Part shown: positions 35,041-42,720 of the stretch, one piece after another
Layout: each line of letters begins with the position of its first letter
Numbering within the stretch: position 1 is the first letter of the stretch
Source: a virus
Lineage: Duplodnaviria; Caudoviricetes
IMG/VR virus record: IMGVR_UViG_3300002092_002327
Coordinates: 1 to 43,541 of that record
Length of the DNA stretch: 43,541 nt
Direction: 5' to 3' (one strand)
The notes under the pieces: model-generated
What the model saw: only the letters and a program-made list of their open reading frames with translations
Told to the model about the DNA's origin: nothing
The model's database searches: none
Program-made: the position numbers and the translations under genes

Positions 35041-35183
35041 TTTCCGCTTAAAAACCCTTCAACCAACTGTCTCGCCAGATCCAGGACCAGCAAAGCATCA
35101 TCGCTGTCTTCTGGAAGAGCGGCCACGACTTGGATAGCATGACGGCGGTGCGATAAGTCCTGCATTCCCATTGCCCCCGGCAT
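34959..35183 (-). CDS. Small LexA-boxed protein, candidate antirepressor (start may be 35165)
   Basis: HRRHAIQVVAALPED..DALLVL; SOS box directly upstream. Confidence 0.65.
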   Translation of the reverse strand: MPGAMGMQDLSHRRHAIQVVAALPEDSDDALLVLDLARQLVEGFLSGNQPAEPTLDRERGLVVSLSSASKGRSF

Positions 35184-35201
35184 TTCTGGTTTTCAGAAAT
35201 A

Positions 35202-35216
35202 GAACATACCAAGAAC
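35202..35216. promoter_or_regulatory. Alphaproteobacterial LexA (SOS) box
   Basis: GAAC-ATACCAA-GAAC matches GAAC-N7-GAAC; intergenic. Confidence 0.8.
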
Positions 35217-35290
35217 CGCTTGGCAAGTATATGTTCGGTACTCGACTCAACCCACGATGAGTCTGACGCGATGGGAAAGATTAGCAATTG

Positions 35291-35707
35291 TTAAAGTGTC
35301 CGATTCGGACGTTTGGAGACCGGGAACTTGTCGAGAATGGCTGGCAGCAGATTTTGGGGATCGAGTGGGGCGGCGCCGGGAGCGACGAAATAGCTGCGCC
35401 TCTCTCTGGTGACCTTTCCCAGTGCGATAAGCTCCTCAAGTCGGCGGTAAACGGTCTGCCGAGACAGCCCGCAATGTACCGCGATCTTGGTGGCCGTGGT
35501 CGGGCGCCCCTCCGCGTCACCGATGAAAACCCCCATTAGAACAAGCATCAGTTCTAGATTTGAGCCGAACCCACCCTCGTCTTGGGGGAAGGTAAGTTCG
35601 TGAATCGTGCGCGTCAGCGCCAGGTACCAGCGGCAGAGTTCTAGCCGCTGTTGCAGGGTCTCATCGGGTACGTGGGACTGGTCGTGTCGCAGCTTCAACT
35701 TGGGCAT
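35291..35707 (-). CDS. Winged-helix transcriptional regulator
   Basis: TATKIAVHCGLSRQTVYRRLEELIALGKV. Confidence 0.8.
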   Translation of the reverse strand: MPKLKLRHDQSHVPDETLQQRLELCRWYLALTRTIHELTFPQDEGGFGSNLELMLVLMGVFIGDAEGRPTTATKIAVHCGLSRQTVYRRLEELIALGKVTRERRSYFVAPGAAPLDPQNLLPAILDKFPVSKRPNRTL

Positions 35708-35731
35708 CCTGTGCAAATACAGGTTCCCGCC

Positions 35732-35746
35732 TTAACGAAAGATTAC
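35732..35746. promoter_or_regulatory. CtrA-like binding site
   Basis: TTAA-CGAAAGA-TTAC, one mismatch to TTAA-N7-TTAA; intergenic. Confidence 0.55.
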
Positions 35747-35778
35747 CGTATTTTCCCGGTTTCGGGCGGCAAAATAAT

Positions 35779-35830
35779 TTCAACCTAGTTGAATTTAGAT
35801 GTTGCTATTTCAAATCGGTTGAAGTAGATT
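35779..35830 (+). promoter_or_regulatory. pL-like promoter with two operators
   Basis: TTGCTA-17-TAGATT; TTCAAC-CTA-GTTGAA at 35779-35793 and TTCAAA-TCG-GTTGAA at 35809-35823. Confidence 0.85.
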
Positions 35831-35856
35831 GCTCCTACCAACACAGGGGCAAGCAC

Positions 35857-36018
35857 ATGACCGCAGCACAGAAAACCGCAGCCGAACTTCTCATCATGAA
35901 CCGGGATGCGCTGGCCGCTCTCGTCGTGCTCGGCGCCAAGGCTGGCGATGCGATGCAGTTCATCACCAACCCAACTGATCGCTTCGTGGTCGCGCGCCTG
36001 CTGGTCACGGTGCGCTGA
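35857..36018 (+). CDS. Hypothetical protein (53 aa), first pL gene
   Basis: Read manually; AGGGG RBS; TGATG coupling. Confidence 0.65.
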   Translation: MTAAQKTAAELLIMNRDALAALVVLGAKAGDAMQFITNPTDRFVVARLLVTVR

Positions 36019-36179
36019 TGGCTGACAGTGAGAGCAAGGTTTTGCGGGACTTTCTGACTAGCCCTCTATCCGTTGATGACGCGGCGCGGCGTCTTGTTCG
36101 TCTCGGCTACAAAGAAGGCGAGGCAGAGGATTTGATCGGAGAGTGGATCGAAGAAGAGCACGCGAAGGAAGGTATCTAA
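36018..36179 (+). CDS. Hypothetical protein (53 aa, MADSESKVLRDFL...)
   Basis: Read manually; coupled at both ends. Confidence 0.65.
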   Translation: MADSESKVLRDFLTSPLSVDDAARRLVRLGYKEGEAEDLIGEWIEEEHAKEGI

Positions 36180-36274
36180 TGCCGCACTACACGCTGACAC
36201 TTTCCGGTCGAATGGCGCTTGCTCTCGCAAGTCTTTGCATCGCAGCCGGGTTTATCGCCGGGAGGTTTCTATGA
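36179..36274 (+). CDS. Small membrane peptide (31 aa)
   Basis: MPHYTLTLSGRMALALASLCIAAGFIAGRFL; coupled. Confidence 0.5.
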   Translation: MPHYTLTLSGRMALALASLCIAAGFIAGRFL

Positions 36275-36549
36275 ACAACGATGATTGCCAGTGCCACAAG
36301 TCCGTTATGGAGCAGATTTCTCGCGACATGCGAGAGGGGGTGTTCCCGCGTAAGTCGGAAGCAACTCTGCGCGAGGAGGCAATGCCCCGCTACTTCGTCA
36401 GCATCTACACGGATGGCCCGGCCACGCGCTGGAACGTCATCGATCGTCGGACGCAGGAATGGGTACGGCGCTTTTCGACAGAACAAGAAGCGCTCGGTTA
36501 CGCAGCAGCTTTGAACGACCCCTCACCCTCCAAGGGTAAAACAACATGA
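36271..36549 (+). CDS. Hypothetical protein
   Basis: GGAGG RBS; ATGA coupling. Confidence 0.65.
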   Translation: MNNDDCQCHKSVMEQISRDMREGVFPRKSEATLREEAMPRYFVSIYTDGPATRWNVIDRRTQEWVRRFSTEQEALGYAAALNDPSPSKGKTT

Positions 36550-36728
36550 TCCAGTTCGATGAAGGCTTGACCCTCTGCGGTCGCGCCACTTGGGGAACCA
36601 ACGCCGGCTACATCATCCAGATCACCTCCCGCACCTATCGCGTTCGCTGGCTCGACGGCGAAATCACCGAGCAGCTTCGCCCTGATCTGGATGAAGACGA
36701 AACCGAATATGCGGAGGCTGCCGAATGA
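36546..36728 (+). CDS. Hypothetical protein (60 aa)
   Basis: ATGA coupling. Confidence 0.65.
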   Translation: MIQFDEGLTLCGRATWGTNAGYIIQITSRTYRVRWLDGEITEQLRPDLDEDETEYAEAAE

Positions 36729-36892
36729 CCAAGACCTTCGATGAAAAATGCTTCGAGCTTGCCGAGCACTTTCTGCAGGACGAGCCGGGCCTGAACACTG
36801 AGGCCGCGAAGACTACCCTCGCCGCCGAAATCCAATGGGCCGTTGAGTGCGAGATCCACTTCATGCGTTCGATGGTGGAGAAGGCGTCATGA
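36725..36892 (+). CDS. Hypothetical protein (55 aa, MTKTFDEKCFELAEHFL...)
   Basis: Read manually; GGAGG RBS; coupled. Confidence 0.7.
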   Translation: MTKTFDEKCFELAEHFLQDEPGLNTEAAKTTLAAEIQWAVECEIHFMRSMVEKAS

Positions 36893-37110
36893 CCTCACAG
36901 CAGGAAGCCCAAGCAGCCCTCGATATCTACCAGTCCAATCGCGACGACCAAGAGCGGATTGACAGCCTTTTACGAGACTTCTTCGCCGACGTTCGGGAGG
37001 AAGAGCGAACGGCAGAGTTCAAGCGTCAGATCGACTGTGTGCGTGAGGAGATGGGTAGATGCGTGATTTTTACATCGGACTTGCCGTCACATGTATCGGG
37101 AGCTTTGTAA
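36889..37110 (+). CDS. Hypothetical protein
   Basis: ATGA coupling. Confidence 0.6.
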   Translation: MTSQQEAQAALDIYQSNRDDQERIDSLLRDFFADVREEERTAEFKRQIDCVREEMGRCVIFTSDLPSHVSGAL

Positions 37111-37330
37111 TCGGATGCCTGATCTAGACAACGACATCGGTGGAATGACCAACGGCATCCTCGACAACGCGCTCGATCTTGTCGCGATTTGGAAAACCTC
37201 GCCGTGGCGCCGGGATGAGTTCGGCCAACGAGAACTCAAGGATCTTGAGCGAGCAAAAGAGCAGCTTGCCGGCCTCCAGCAATACATCCTGATCCACATG
37301 AACCGGAAGAAACTCAAGGGAGTTGCGTGA
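37091..37330 (+). CDS. Hypothetical protein (start may be 37115)
   Basis: ORF coupled to the annealing-protein gene. Confidence 0.55.
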   Translation: MYRELCNRMPDLDNDIGGMTNGILDNALDLVAIWKTSPWRRDEFGQRELKDLERAKEQLAGLQQYILIHMNRKKLKGVA

Positions 37331-38097
37331 TGAGCGCCAAGACAGAACTCTGGGACCGCCTCGGGAAGACTGACCCGGCGCACACGAAGTCATTCCAGCG
37401 TGCGGGCGGCTTCAAGGGTACGGCTATCAAGCCAATGTGGTCTTACCGCCGCATGACCGAGGAATATGGCGCCTGTGGCGTCGGCTGGGGCGTCGGCGAG
37501 CCAACCTTCAAGATCATCGAGGCGGCTGACGAGATCCTTGTCTACTGCATCGCCAGCGTTTGGCACGGCTCGAAAGAGAACGTCGTTTATGGCGTAGGTG
37601 GCGACAAGGCGCTGGCCAAGTTCAGCAGTGGGATGAAGACCGATGACGAGGCCCTCAAGAAGGCTTTTACGGACGGCGTAACCAACGCCCTCAAAATGAT
37701 CGGCATCGGCGCCGACGTCCATATGGGTCTGTTCGAAGATAGCAAGTACGTCAGCGAAATGAAGGCCGAGTACGCAGGAAAAGGCGCTCCGGACGGCGCT
37801 CCGGACGGCTATCTGGACGACGGCGGCCTCATTCCGGCTGAGCACCTTATCGCCCGCGAGGACGGCATCCAGGTTCTGACGATGGATGCGCAGCGGCCGA
37901 TCTTCTCCGAGCTGGAGAAGGAATTGAACACTTGCGCGACCGTCGAGGAATGCAAGCGCTGGGTGGTTTCCGCCAAGAGCCGAGCTTCGCGCCTTTCCGG
38001 TCATTGGAAGGACGACCTCAACAAACGCTACCTCACCCATCTTCGCGCAATCGAAAAGCGGGATGCAGACGAGTACATCGAAAGGAAAACGGGCTGA
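37330..38097 (+). CDS. Rad52/Sak-like single-strand annealing protein
   Basis: RMTEEYG.CG.GW; [12 protein letters not shown]...ALK.IGIGADV. Confidence 0.8.
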   Translation: MSAKTELWDRLGKTDPAHTKSFQRAGGFKGTAIKPMWSYRRMTEEYGACGVGWGVGEPTFKIIEAADEILVYCIASVWHGSKENVVYGVGGDKALAKFSSGMKTDDEALKKAFTDGVTNALKMIGIGADVHMGLFEDSKYVSEMKAEYAGKGAPDGAPDGYLDDGGLIPAEHLIAREDGIQVLTMDAQRPIFSELEKELNTCATVEECKRWVVSAKSRASRLSGHWKDDLNKRYLTHLRAIEKRDADEYIERKTG

Positions 38098-38372
38098 TGG
38101 CTTACGAACAACGAGATAACAGCGGCTCCCTCTTCAAGAACGAGAAGAAGGAAAAGGACACGCACCCCGACTACACGGGCAACGGGATGATCGACGGCAA
38201 AGAGTTTTGGTTCTCTGCCTGGATCAAGACCGGCAAGAACGGCAGCAAGTTTATGTCGCTGGCGTTCAAGCCGAAGGACTTCGCCCAGCGTGAGCAGGCT
38301 GCGCCAAAGAAGGCCGATCCGATTTCGACTGGCCGCTTCAACGATGACATGCAAGACGACGTGCCATTTTGA
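38097..38372 (+). CDS. Single-stranded DNA-binding protein (DUF736-like)
   Basis: GSLFKN..K....PDYTG...SAW; acidic tail DDVPF. Confidence 0.8.
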   Translation: MAYEQRDNSGSLFKNEKKEKDTHPDYTGNGMIDGKEFWFSAWIKTGKNGSKFMSLAFKPKDFAQREQAAPKKADPISTGRFNDDMQDDVPF

Positions 38373-38656
38373 GGCGAACGACCGACCAGAACCGGAAGAT
38401 GTGGCCGCTTCTTGAGGAAGTAGCGGCTCAGACAACCCTCAACGGCGTTCAGTACGACGCCGAGGATTGGAAAATCATCTTCCTGTCTGCGCTCAACAAA
38501 TCTCGGAAGCTCCAAATGAAGGTAATTCTCGGGATTTACGGAGAGCCGGTCAACCTAGGTCGGTCCAGTTCAAAGCTCGATAAGGAATTGTTCTCTGACC
38601 TGATCGAGCTAATTCAGGCGTTTGGTGCAGAAAACGGGGTTACGTTTCATGACTGA
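38369..38656 (+). CDS. ninB: NinB/Orf-family recombination protein (short)
   Basis: R..DQN.KMW..L..VA.Q; EDWK..F; SS.L....[15 protein letters not shown]. Confidence 0.8.
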   Translation: MRRTTDQNRKMWPLLEEVAAQTTLNGVQYDAEDWKIIFLSALNKSRKLQMKVILGIYGEPVNLGRSSSKLDKELFSDLIELIQAFGAENGVTFHD

Positions 38657-38945
38657 GCTTCGCCAAAGAATGCCGAGAGAGCGCGACAACAAGCACCTGG
38701 ACTACATCCGGTCGCTCCCGTGCTGCATCTGTGGCGGCATCGACACGGAAGCCGCGCACGTGCGTACAGCGTCACTCGAAAACGACAAGCCGCATACGGG
38801 GATGGGTGAGAAGCCCAGCGACAAGTGGGCCGTTCCGCTCTGCAACCGACATCACCGCGAACAGCATTCGATGAACGAAATGGATTTCTGGCGATGCCAC
38901 CAAATCAATCCGTTCATCCTGGCCATGACACTGAGGGCACGATGA
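38649..38945 (+). CDS. DUF968-like HNH-type nuclease
   Basis: HLDYIRSLPCCICG...AAHVR...GMG.KPSD.WAVPLC..HH.EQH. Confidence 0.82.
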   Translation: MTELRQRMPRERDNKHLDYIRSLPCCICGGIDTEAAHVRTASLENDKPHTGMGEKPSDKWAVPLCNRHHREQHSMNEMDFWRCHQINPFILAMTLRAR

Positions 38946-39064
38946 TCCCCGGCTATCTCATAGACGCGGCGCGGTTCCTGGATAATCCGCTTGTGCAGCT
39001 CGTAGCGCTGCTGCTGGCGGGATGGGTGGGATGGCGCTTTTGCGGTTGGTGGCAGCAGTCTTGA
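38942..39064 (+). CDS. Small membrane protein (40 aa)
   Basis: ATGA coupling; LVQLVALLLAGWVGW. Confidence 0.55.
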   Translation: MIPGYLIDAARFLDNPLVQLVALLLAGWVGWRFCGWWQQS

Positions 39065-39104
39065 AGGAATCACCTCTAGACCCCTCGTAATAAGGATATT
39101 TGAA

Positions 39105-39317
39105 ATGGCTAAAGCGAAGATTGCGACCAAGGCCGAGCAGGATCTGAACCGCTGGTGCATTGAAATGGCCATACGTTGGCCAACCGTCACCAGCTACGGC
39201 CACCCTCAAGGCGGCGTGTACAGCGCCGGCGGTGGCCTTCCGTCTCAGCAGATTGATGCGGACGTGATCGGCCGCGCCAACAAGATCATGGCTTGGGTAA
39301 AGGCACCGCAATCGTGA
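39105..39317 (+). CDS. Hypothetical protein (70 aa)
   Basis: TAAGGA RBS. Confidence 0.7.
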   Translation: MAKAKIATKAEQDLNRWCIEMAIRWPTVTSYGHPQGGVYSAGGGLPSQQIDADVIGRANKIMAWVKAPQS

Positions 39318-39447
39318 GCGACGGGGTATTTCGCAGACAGCCCATGACCATCGTGCTCCTAGCCATCGCCAGGCGCCGCGGCCGGGAGCACGCGACGATC
39401 ATGCGCGCCATAGCAGCGGCTCACAAGGCCAAGCGGAGGGGGAAGAA

Positions 39448-39528
39448 ATGACCCAGCGCGATCTATGCGGCTTTGTCACCGGCCTGGCTGTTCTCGCAAT
39501 CGGTATTGGCGTCTGGTGGTACTCATGA
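39448..39528 (+). CDS. Small membrane peptide (26 aa)
   Basis: GGAGG RBS; MTQRDLCGFVTGLAVLAIGIGVWWYS. Confidence 0.5.
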   Translation: MTQRDLCGFVTGLAVLAIGIGVWWYS

Positions 39529-39704
39529 GCGTTCCGTCCAATCCGTATGTCTCGCCCGATCGCTGGGAAGACATGCCGTGGGAAGAATACGACCAGCCCG
39601 ATCTGGTCACGACCATGATCCTGTATCGAAAATACAGGACGGCGCTGGAGGAAATTTCGAAGATGGACGGCCCGGCGGGTCGCATCGCAAGGGAGGCACT
39701 ATGA
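39525..39704 (+). CDS. Hypothetical protein (59 aa)
   Basis: ATGA coupling; ends IAREAL. Confidence 0.6.
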   Translation: MSVPSNPYVSPDRWEDMPWEEYDQPDLVTTMILYRKYRTALEEISKMDGPAGRIAREAL

Positions 39705-40003
39705 CCGATCGTTCTCCTGACATCGCCACACGGGTTGAAGATTTGACCAAGCTGCTGAGCATCATGAAGGGCGCCAAGGGCCGGTCTGACTCGATGATGC
39801 GCGTCTGGGATCATGACATAACGGCGGTTGAAAACGCTATCGCCTCCCTCCAGCCCGCCAGCCCAGGAGAAATCGCGGTGCGCGAAGCTTTGCGGGAGTG
39901 GATCGCTCAAGGCTATATCGACGCTGACGGAGAGCATTGCGGGTCAGCGGCCTACGCTCCAGCGCTCTATGTAAAGTCTCTTGCCGCTCTGGAGGGCAAG
40001 TGA
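39701..40003 (+). CDS. Hypothetical protein (100 aa)
   Basis: GGAGG RBS; coupled. Confidence 0.65.
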   Translation: MTDRSPDIATRVEDLTKLLSIMKGAKGRSDSMMRVWDHDITAVENAIASLQPASPGEIAVREALREWIAQGYIDADGEHCGSAAYAPALYVKSLAALEGK

Positions 40004-40188
40004 TGACCTGTCACACCTCCCCGCGCAAATGCAAATACCCCGACTGTGCGTGTCCACCAGACCGCATGACCTCCCTTGAGGCCGAGGTCGTGAAACTCCG
40101 CGAGCAGGTCGATCAGCTTCTCGCCGAGCGACGGGACAGCCTGGATGCCTACGCTCAATCCATTCGCCGCCAGATAGGAATCCGCTGA
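40003..40188 (+). CDS. Cys-rich hypothetical protein (61 aa)
   Basis: GGAGG RBS; CKYPDCACP. Confidence 0.6.
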   Translation: MTCHTSPRKCKYPDCACPPDRMTSLEAEVVKLREQVDQLLAERRDSLDAYAQSIRRQIGIR

Positions 40189-40314
40189 TGTGCTGCAACG
40201 TCCCCCACAGCGACACCACCGGCCCGACACCGCCCAGGATGACTGCATGGTACGCCATCCTCGTCATCTTTGGGTGGAGGGAGGACCGATGACGCGCCCG
40301 CATCGTGACACCCC

Positions 40315-40437
40315 ATGATTTTCTTCGTCAAGGCACTGCTGGTTACCGCACTGGGCGGGTCAGCAATCGTCATCGTTTTCTTGTCGCTCGTTAAATTCGG
40401 CCTGGTCTTCGCTGCAATTATTGGATTGGCACCTTGA
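40315..40437 (+). CDS. Small membrane protein (40 aa)
   Basis: MIFFVKALLVTALGGSAIVIVFLSLVKFGLVFAAIIGLAP; stop overlaps MTase TTG. Confidence 0.5.
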   Translation: MIFFVKALLVTALGGSAIVIVFLSLVKFGLVFAAIIGLAP

Positions 40438-41321
40438 ATGTCCTCGACCTTTTTTCCGGTATCGGCGGATTCTCCCTTGGCCTTGAACGAGCCGGAATGC
40501 GAACTGTCGCGTTCTGCGAGATCGATCCAAAGTGCCGCGAGGTACTTGGAAAGCACTGGCCAGGCGTCCCCATCTTCACCGACGTTACCAAGCTCCGAGG
40601 CTCCGATGTCGGACCAGTTGACGCTATTTGCGGCGGGTTCCCTTGCCAGGATATCAGCGTCGCAGGAAAGGGCGCCGGAATTGATGGCGACCGTTCCGGG
40701 CTATGGCGAGAGTACGCCAGAATTATTGGCGAGCTTCGACCCCGATACGTCATCGTGGAGAACGTCGCAGCGTTGCTTGGTCGAGGGTTGGACCGCGTTC
40801 TCGGAGACCTGGCCGCGCTCGGGTACGATGCAGAATGGCACTGCATACCGGCTTCAGCCGTTGGCGCTCCTCACAGACGAGACCGCCTCTGGATTGTGGC
40901 CCACTCCCCGCGCCAACGACGCGGAGAAACGCGGCCAGATAGCGAACGACAAGCGGAGCGGCCTGCCAGCGGCAGCGATGTACTGGCCGACGCCGACAGC
41001 CAGGGACTACCGCAGTGGGAGCCGATCGGTCGAAGGCTGGCAGAAGAGATTGGCCGATTCCAGAGGATGGCAGCTCAACGATGTAGTTGCGCGCTTCCCG
41101 ACGCCGACAGCGAACCGACGCAGCGGCCTACAGAGCCATGGTGTGAACGTCATCCTTGGTCTTTTGAACCCGATGTGGGTCGAGTGGCTGATGGGGTTCC
41201 CGGCCGGGTGGACCGCCTTAAGCAGCTCGGCAACAGCGTCGTCCCGCAAATCCCGGAAATCATCGGGCGGGCAATCATGAGTCACACGCTGTCTTCGCAG
41301 CATCGAGCATCAGGAGAATAA
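40434..41321 (+). CDS. DNA (cytosine-5) methyltransferase, alpha polypeptide
   Basis: DLFSGIGG (I), GGFPCQ (IV), ENV (VI), HRRDR (VIII) and LGNSV (X). Confidence 0.93.
   Translation: MNVLDLFSGIGGFSLGLERAGMRTVAFCEIDPKCREVLGKHWPGVPIFTDVTKLRGSDVGPVDAICGGFPCQDISVAGKGAGIDGDRSGLWREYARIIGELRPRYVIVENVAALLGRGLDRVLGDLAALGYDAEWHCIPASAVGAPHRRDRLWIVAHSPRQRRGETRPDSERQAERPASGSDVLADADSQGLPQWEPIGRRLAEEIGRFQRMAAQRCSCALPDADSEPTQRPTEPWCERHPWSFEPDVGRVADGVPGRVDRLKQLGNSVVPQIPEIIGRAIMSHTLSSQHRASGE
40606..41280 (+). CDS. Nested alternative-frame beta polypeptide of the C5 MTase
   Basis: GAGG RBS before ATG; repeated WPTP.A.D; LNPMWVEWLMGFPAGWT motif IX-like. Confidence 0.75.
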   Translation: MSDQLTLFAAGSLARISASQERAPELMATVPGYGESTPELLASFDPDTSSWRTSQRCLVEGWTAFSETWPRSGTMQNGTAYRLQPLALLTDETASGLWPTPRANDAEKRGQIANDKRSGLPAAAMYWPTPTARDYRSGSRSVEGWQKRLADSRGWQLNDVVARFPTPTANRRSGLQSHGVNVILGLLNPMWVEWLMGFPAGWTALSSSATASSRKSRKSSGGQS

Positions 41322-41322
41322 A

Positions 41323-41595
41323 ATGCATAGCGTAACCGAATCCATTTACGCCGGCAAAGGCACTATCGTTCCACTTGCGGACGTGCAGCACATTGAGACG
41401 CACAATCCCCTCGGCTTGATCGTCGTGACCAAGCACACCCGCTGGGACAAGGATGGGGACTTCTGGGCCAATAGCATTTGGATCGACGGCGCAGAGGCCA
41501 CCGCATTCAAGGCCGCATGGTGCCGCTACCGCAGCGAGCTTGAAGCCGACACGCTGATGGATCTGTCGCCCTCTCCCCAGGAGAGCGAGCAATGA
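41323..41595 (+). CDS. Hypothetical protein (90 aa)
   Basis: AGGAGA RBS. Confidence 0.75.
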   Translation: MHSVTESIYAGKGTIVPLADVQHIETHNPLGLIVVTKHTRWDKDGDFWANSIWIDGAEATAFKAAWCRYRSELEADTLMDLSPSPQESEQ

Positions 41596-41816
41596 CCGTT
41601 TGCATGACATATCCATGTCGGCGGACCACGGGCGGCTGCCCGGTCTGCGATCCGCCGGCACTGCATCCCATGTACATGCCACTACCGGCGCAGCAGCCGA
41701 TGGGGTGCATCTGCCCACCAACCAGCGAGAAGACGTGCGAGAGCGGCATCTGTCCGCGCAAGAACCATCTGCGCGCTGGTGGTGCTGTGTCCACACCGGG
41801 GGGCTCCCATGACTGA
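41592..41816 (+). CDS. Cys/Pro-rich hypothetical protein (74 aa)
   Basis: GCPVC...GCICPP..EKTC....CPR; coupled. Confidence 0.6.
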   Translation: MTVCMTYPCRRTTGGCPVCDPPALHPMYMPLPAQQPMGCICPPTSEKTCESGICPRKNHLRAGGAVSTPGGSHD

Positions 41817-42102
41817 CGAAGAACTGGCTGGCTGGGCTCGCAACTGGCACTGGAACGACTGCGCCGAGGACAAGCCGGTCGATCCCTCGATCTATTTCCG
41901 CGATATGCGGATGCTCAAGGCGTTCGTTGCCGCGCTCGACGCTAACCGAGCCAATGAGAAGCGCACGAACTGCCAGCACATTAGAAGGACTGGCGGCGGC
42001 GGCTGCGGCGATGGCGGTTCTTATCATTATTGGATCTGTCACGATTGCGGCGCGTCGTATGACAGTCGCCCTGCTGTGGGAAACGCGCGAGAGCCCTCAT
42101 GA
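41809..42102 (+). CDS. Hypothetical protein with zinc-ribbon motif
   Basis: CQH...ICHDCG. Confidence 0.6.
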   Translation: MTDEELAGWARNWHWNDCAEDKPVDPSIYFRDMRMLKAFVAALDANRANEKRTNCQHIRRTGGGGCGDGGSYHYWICHDCGASYDSRPAVGNAREPS

Positions 42103-42386
42103 ACGGCGAACAGCGATACCGACAGGCCACGACTAAGGCTCGCATCCTTAGCAATCGAAACCTGCGCAAGTTTCTGGCGGACGAGATCGATTGGCTTCCG
42201 ATGGCTAAGGATCGGGAGTTCATCATCTCGGAGTTCGATCGTCTGCAAGCCGAGATCGACCGATTGCGAAGGGCGATGCGGGAGATTGACTTCTACTCGA
42301 CCGACCCGTGGGCCAGGAACAAGGTTCGCATTGCACTCTCTCCGTCACACTCACCAGTAACTAAGGCCGGCCATGACCCTGCCTGA
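42099..42386 (+). CDS. Hypothetical protein (95 aa)
   Basis: ATGA coupling. Confidence 0.65.
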   Translation: MNGEQRYRQATTKARILSNRNLRKFLADEIDWLPMAKDREFIISEFDRLQAEIDRLRRAMREIDFYSTDPWARNKVRIALSPSHSPVTKAGHDPA

Positions 42387-42720
42387 ATCGACAACCCCAG
42401 CGGCTCTAGCAAAGCACCTCGACTGGTCGGAAAGACGTGTGCGTGATCTCGCCAGGCGCCTTGGCGCGTGCCGAATTTTAGGCAATCGTATGGTTCTGCT
42501 CGGCGAAGATGTCGCCGCTATCATGGAAGCTGCCAAGCCATGCCCCTCAAAATCTATCGCCGTCCGGGAAGCCTTGTCTGGCAGTATCGGGGAACGCTTG
42601 CCGGACGTAGACTCCGTGGCTCTACTGGCGCATCTGACAAAGAAATCGCCACGCGAATTGCGTCCGAGGTCGAAAACAAGTTCTGGAAACGTGGTCTTGA
42701 TTCAAAAGAGCAGGCGCTGA
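42373..42720 (+). CDS. Excisionase-like HTH protein
   Basis: TPAALAKHLDWSERRVR; overlaps the integrase 5' end. Confidence 0.6.
   Translation: MTLPESTTPAALAKHLDWSERRVRDLARRLGACRILGNRMVLLGEDVAAIMEAAKPCPSKSIAVREALSGSIGERLPDVDSVALLAHLTKKSPRELRPRSKTSSGNVVLIQKSRR

Noticed and set aside
37783-37809. 12-bp tandem duplication GGCGCTCCGGAC
   Set aside because: In-frame GAPD duplication in a linker; no sign of function
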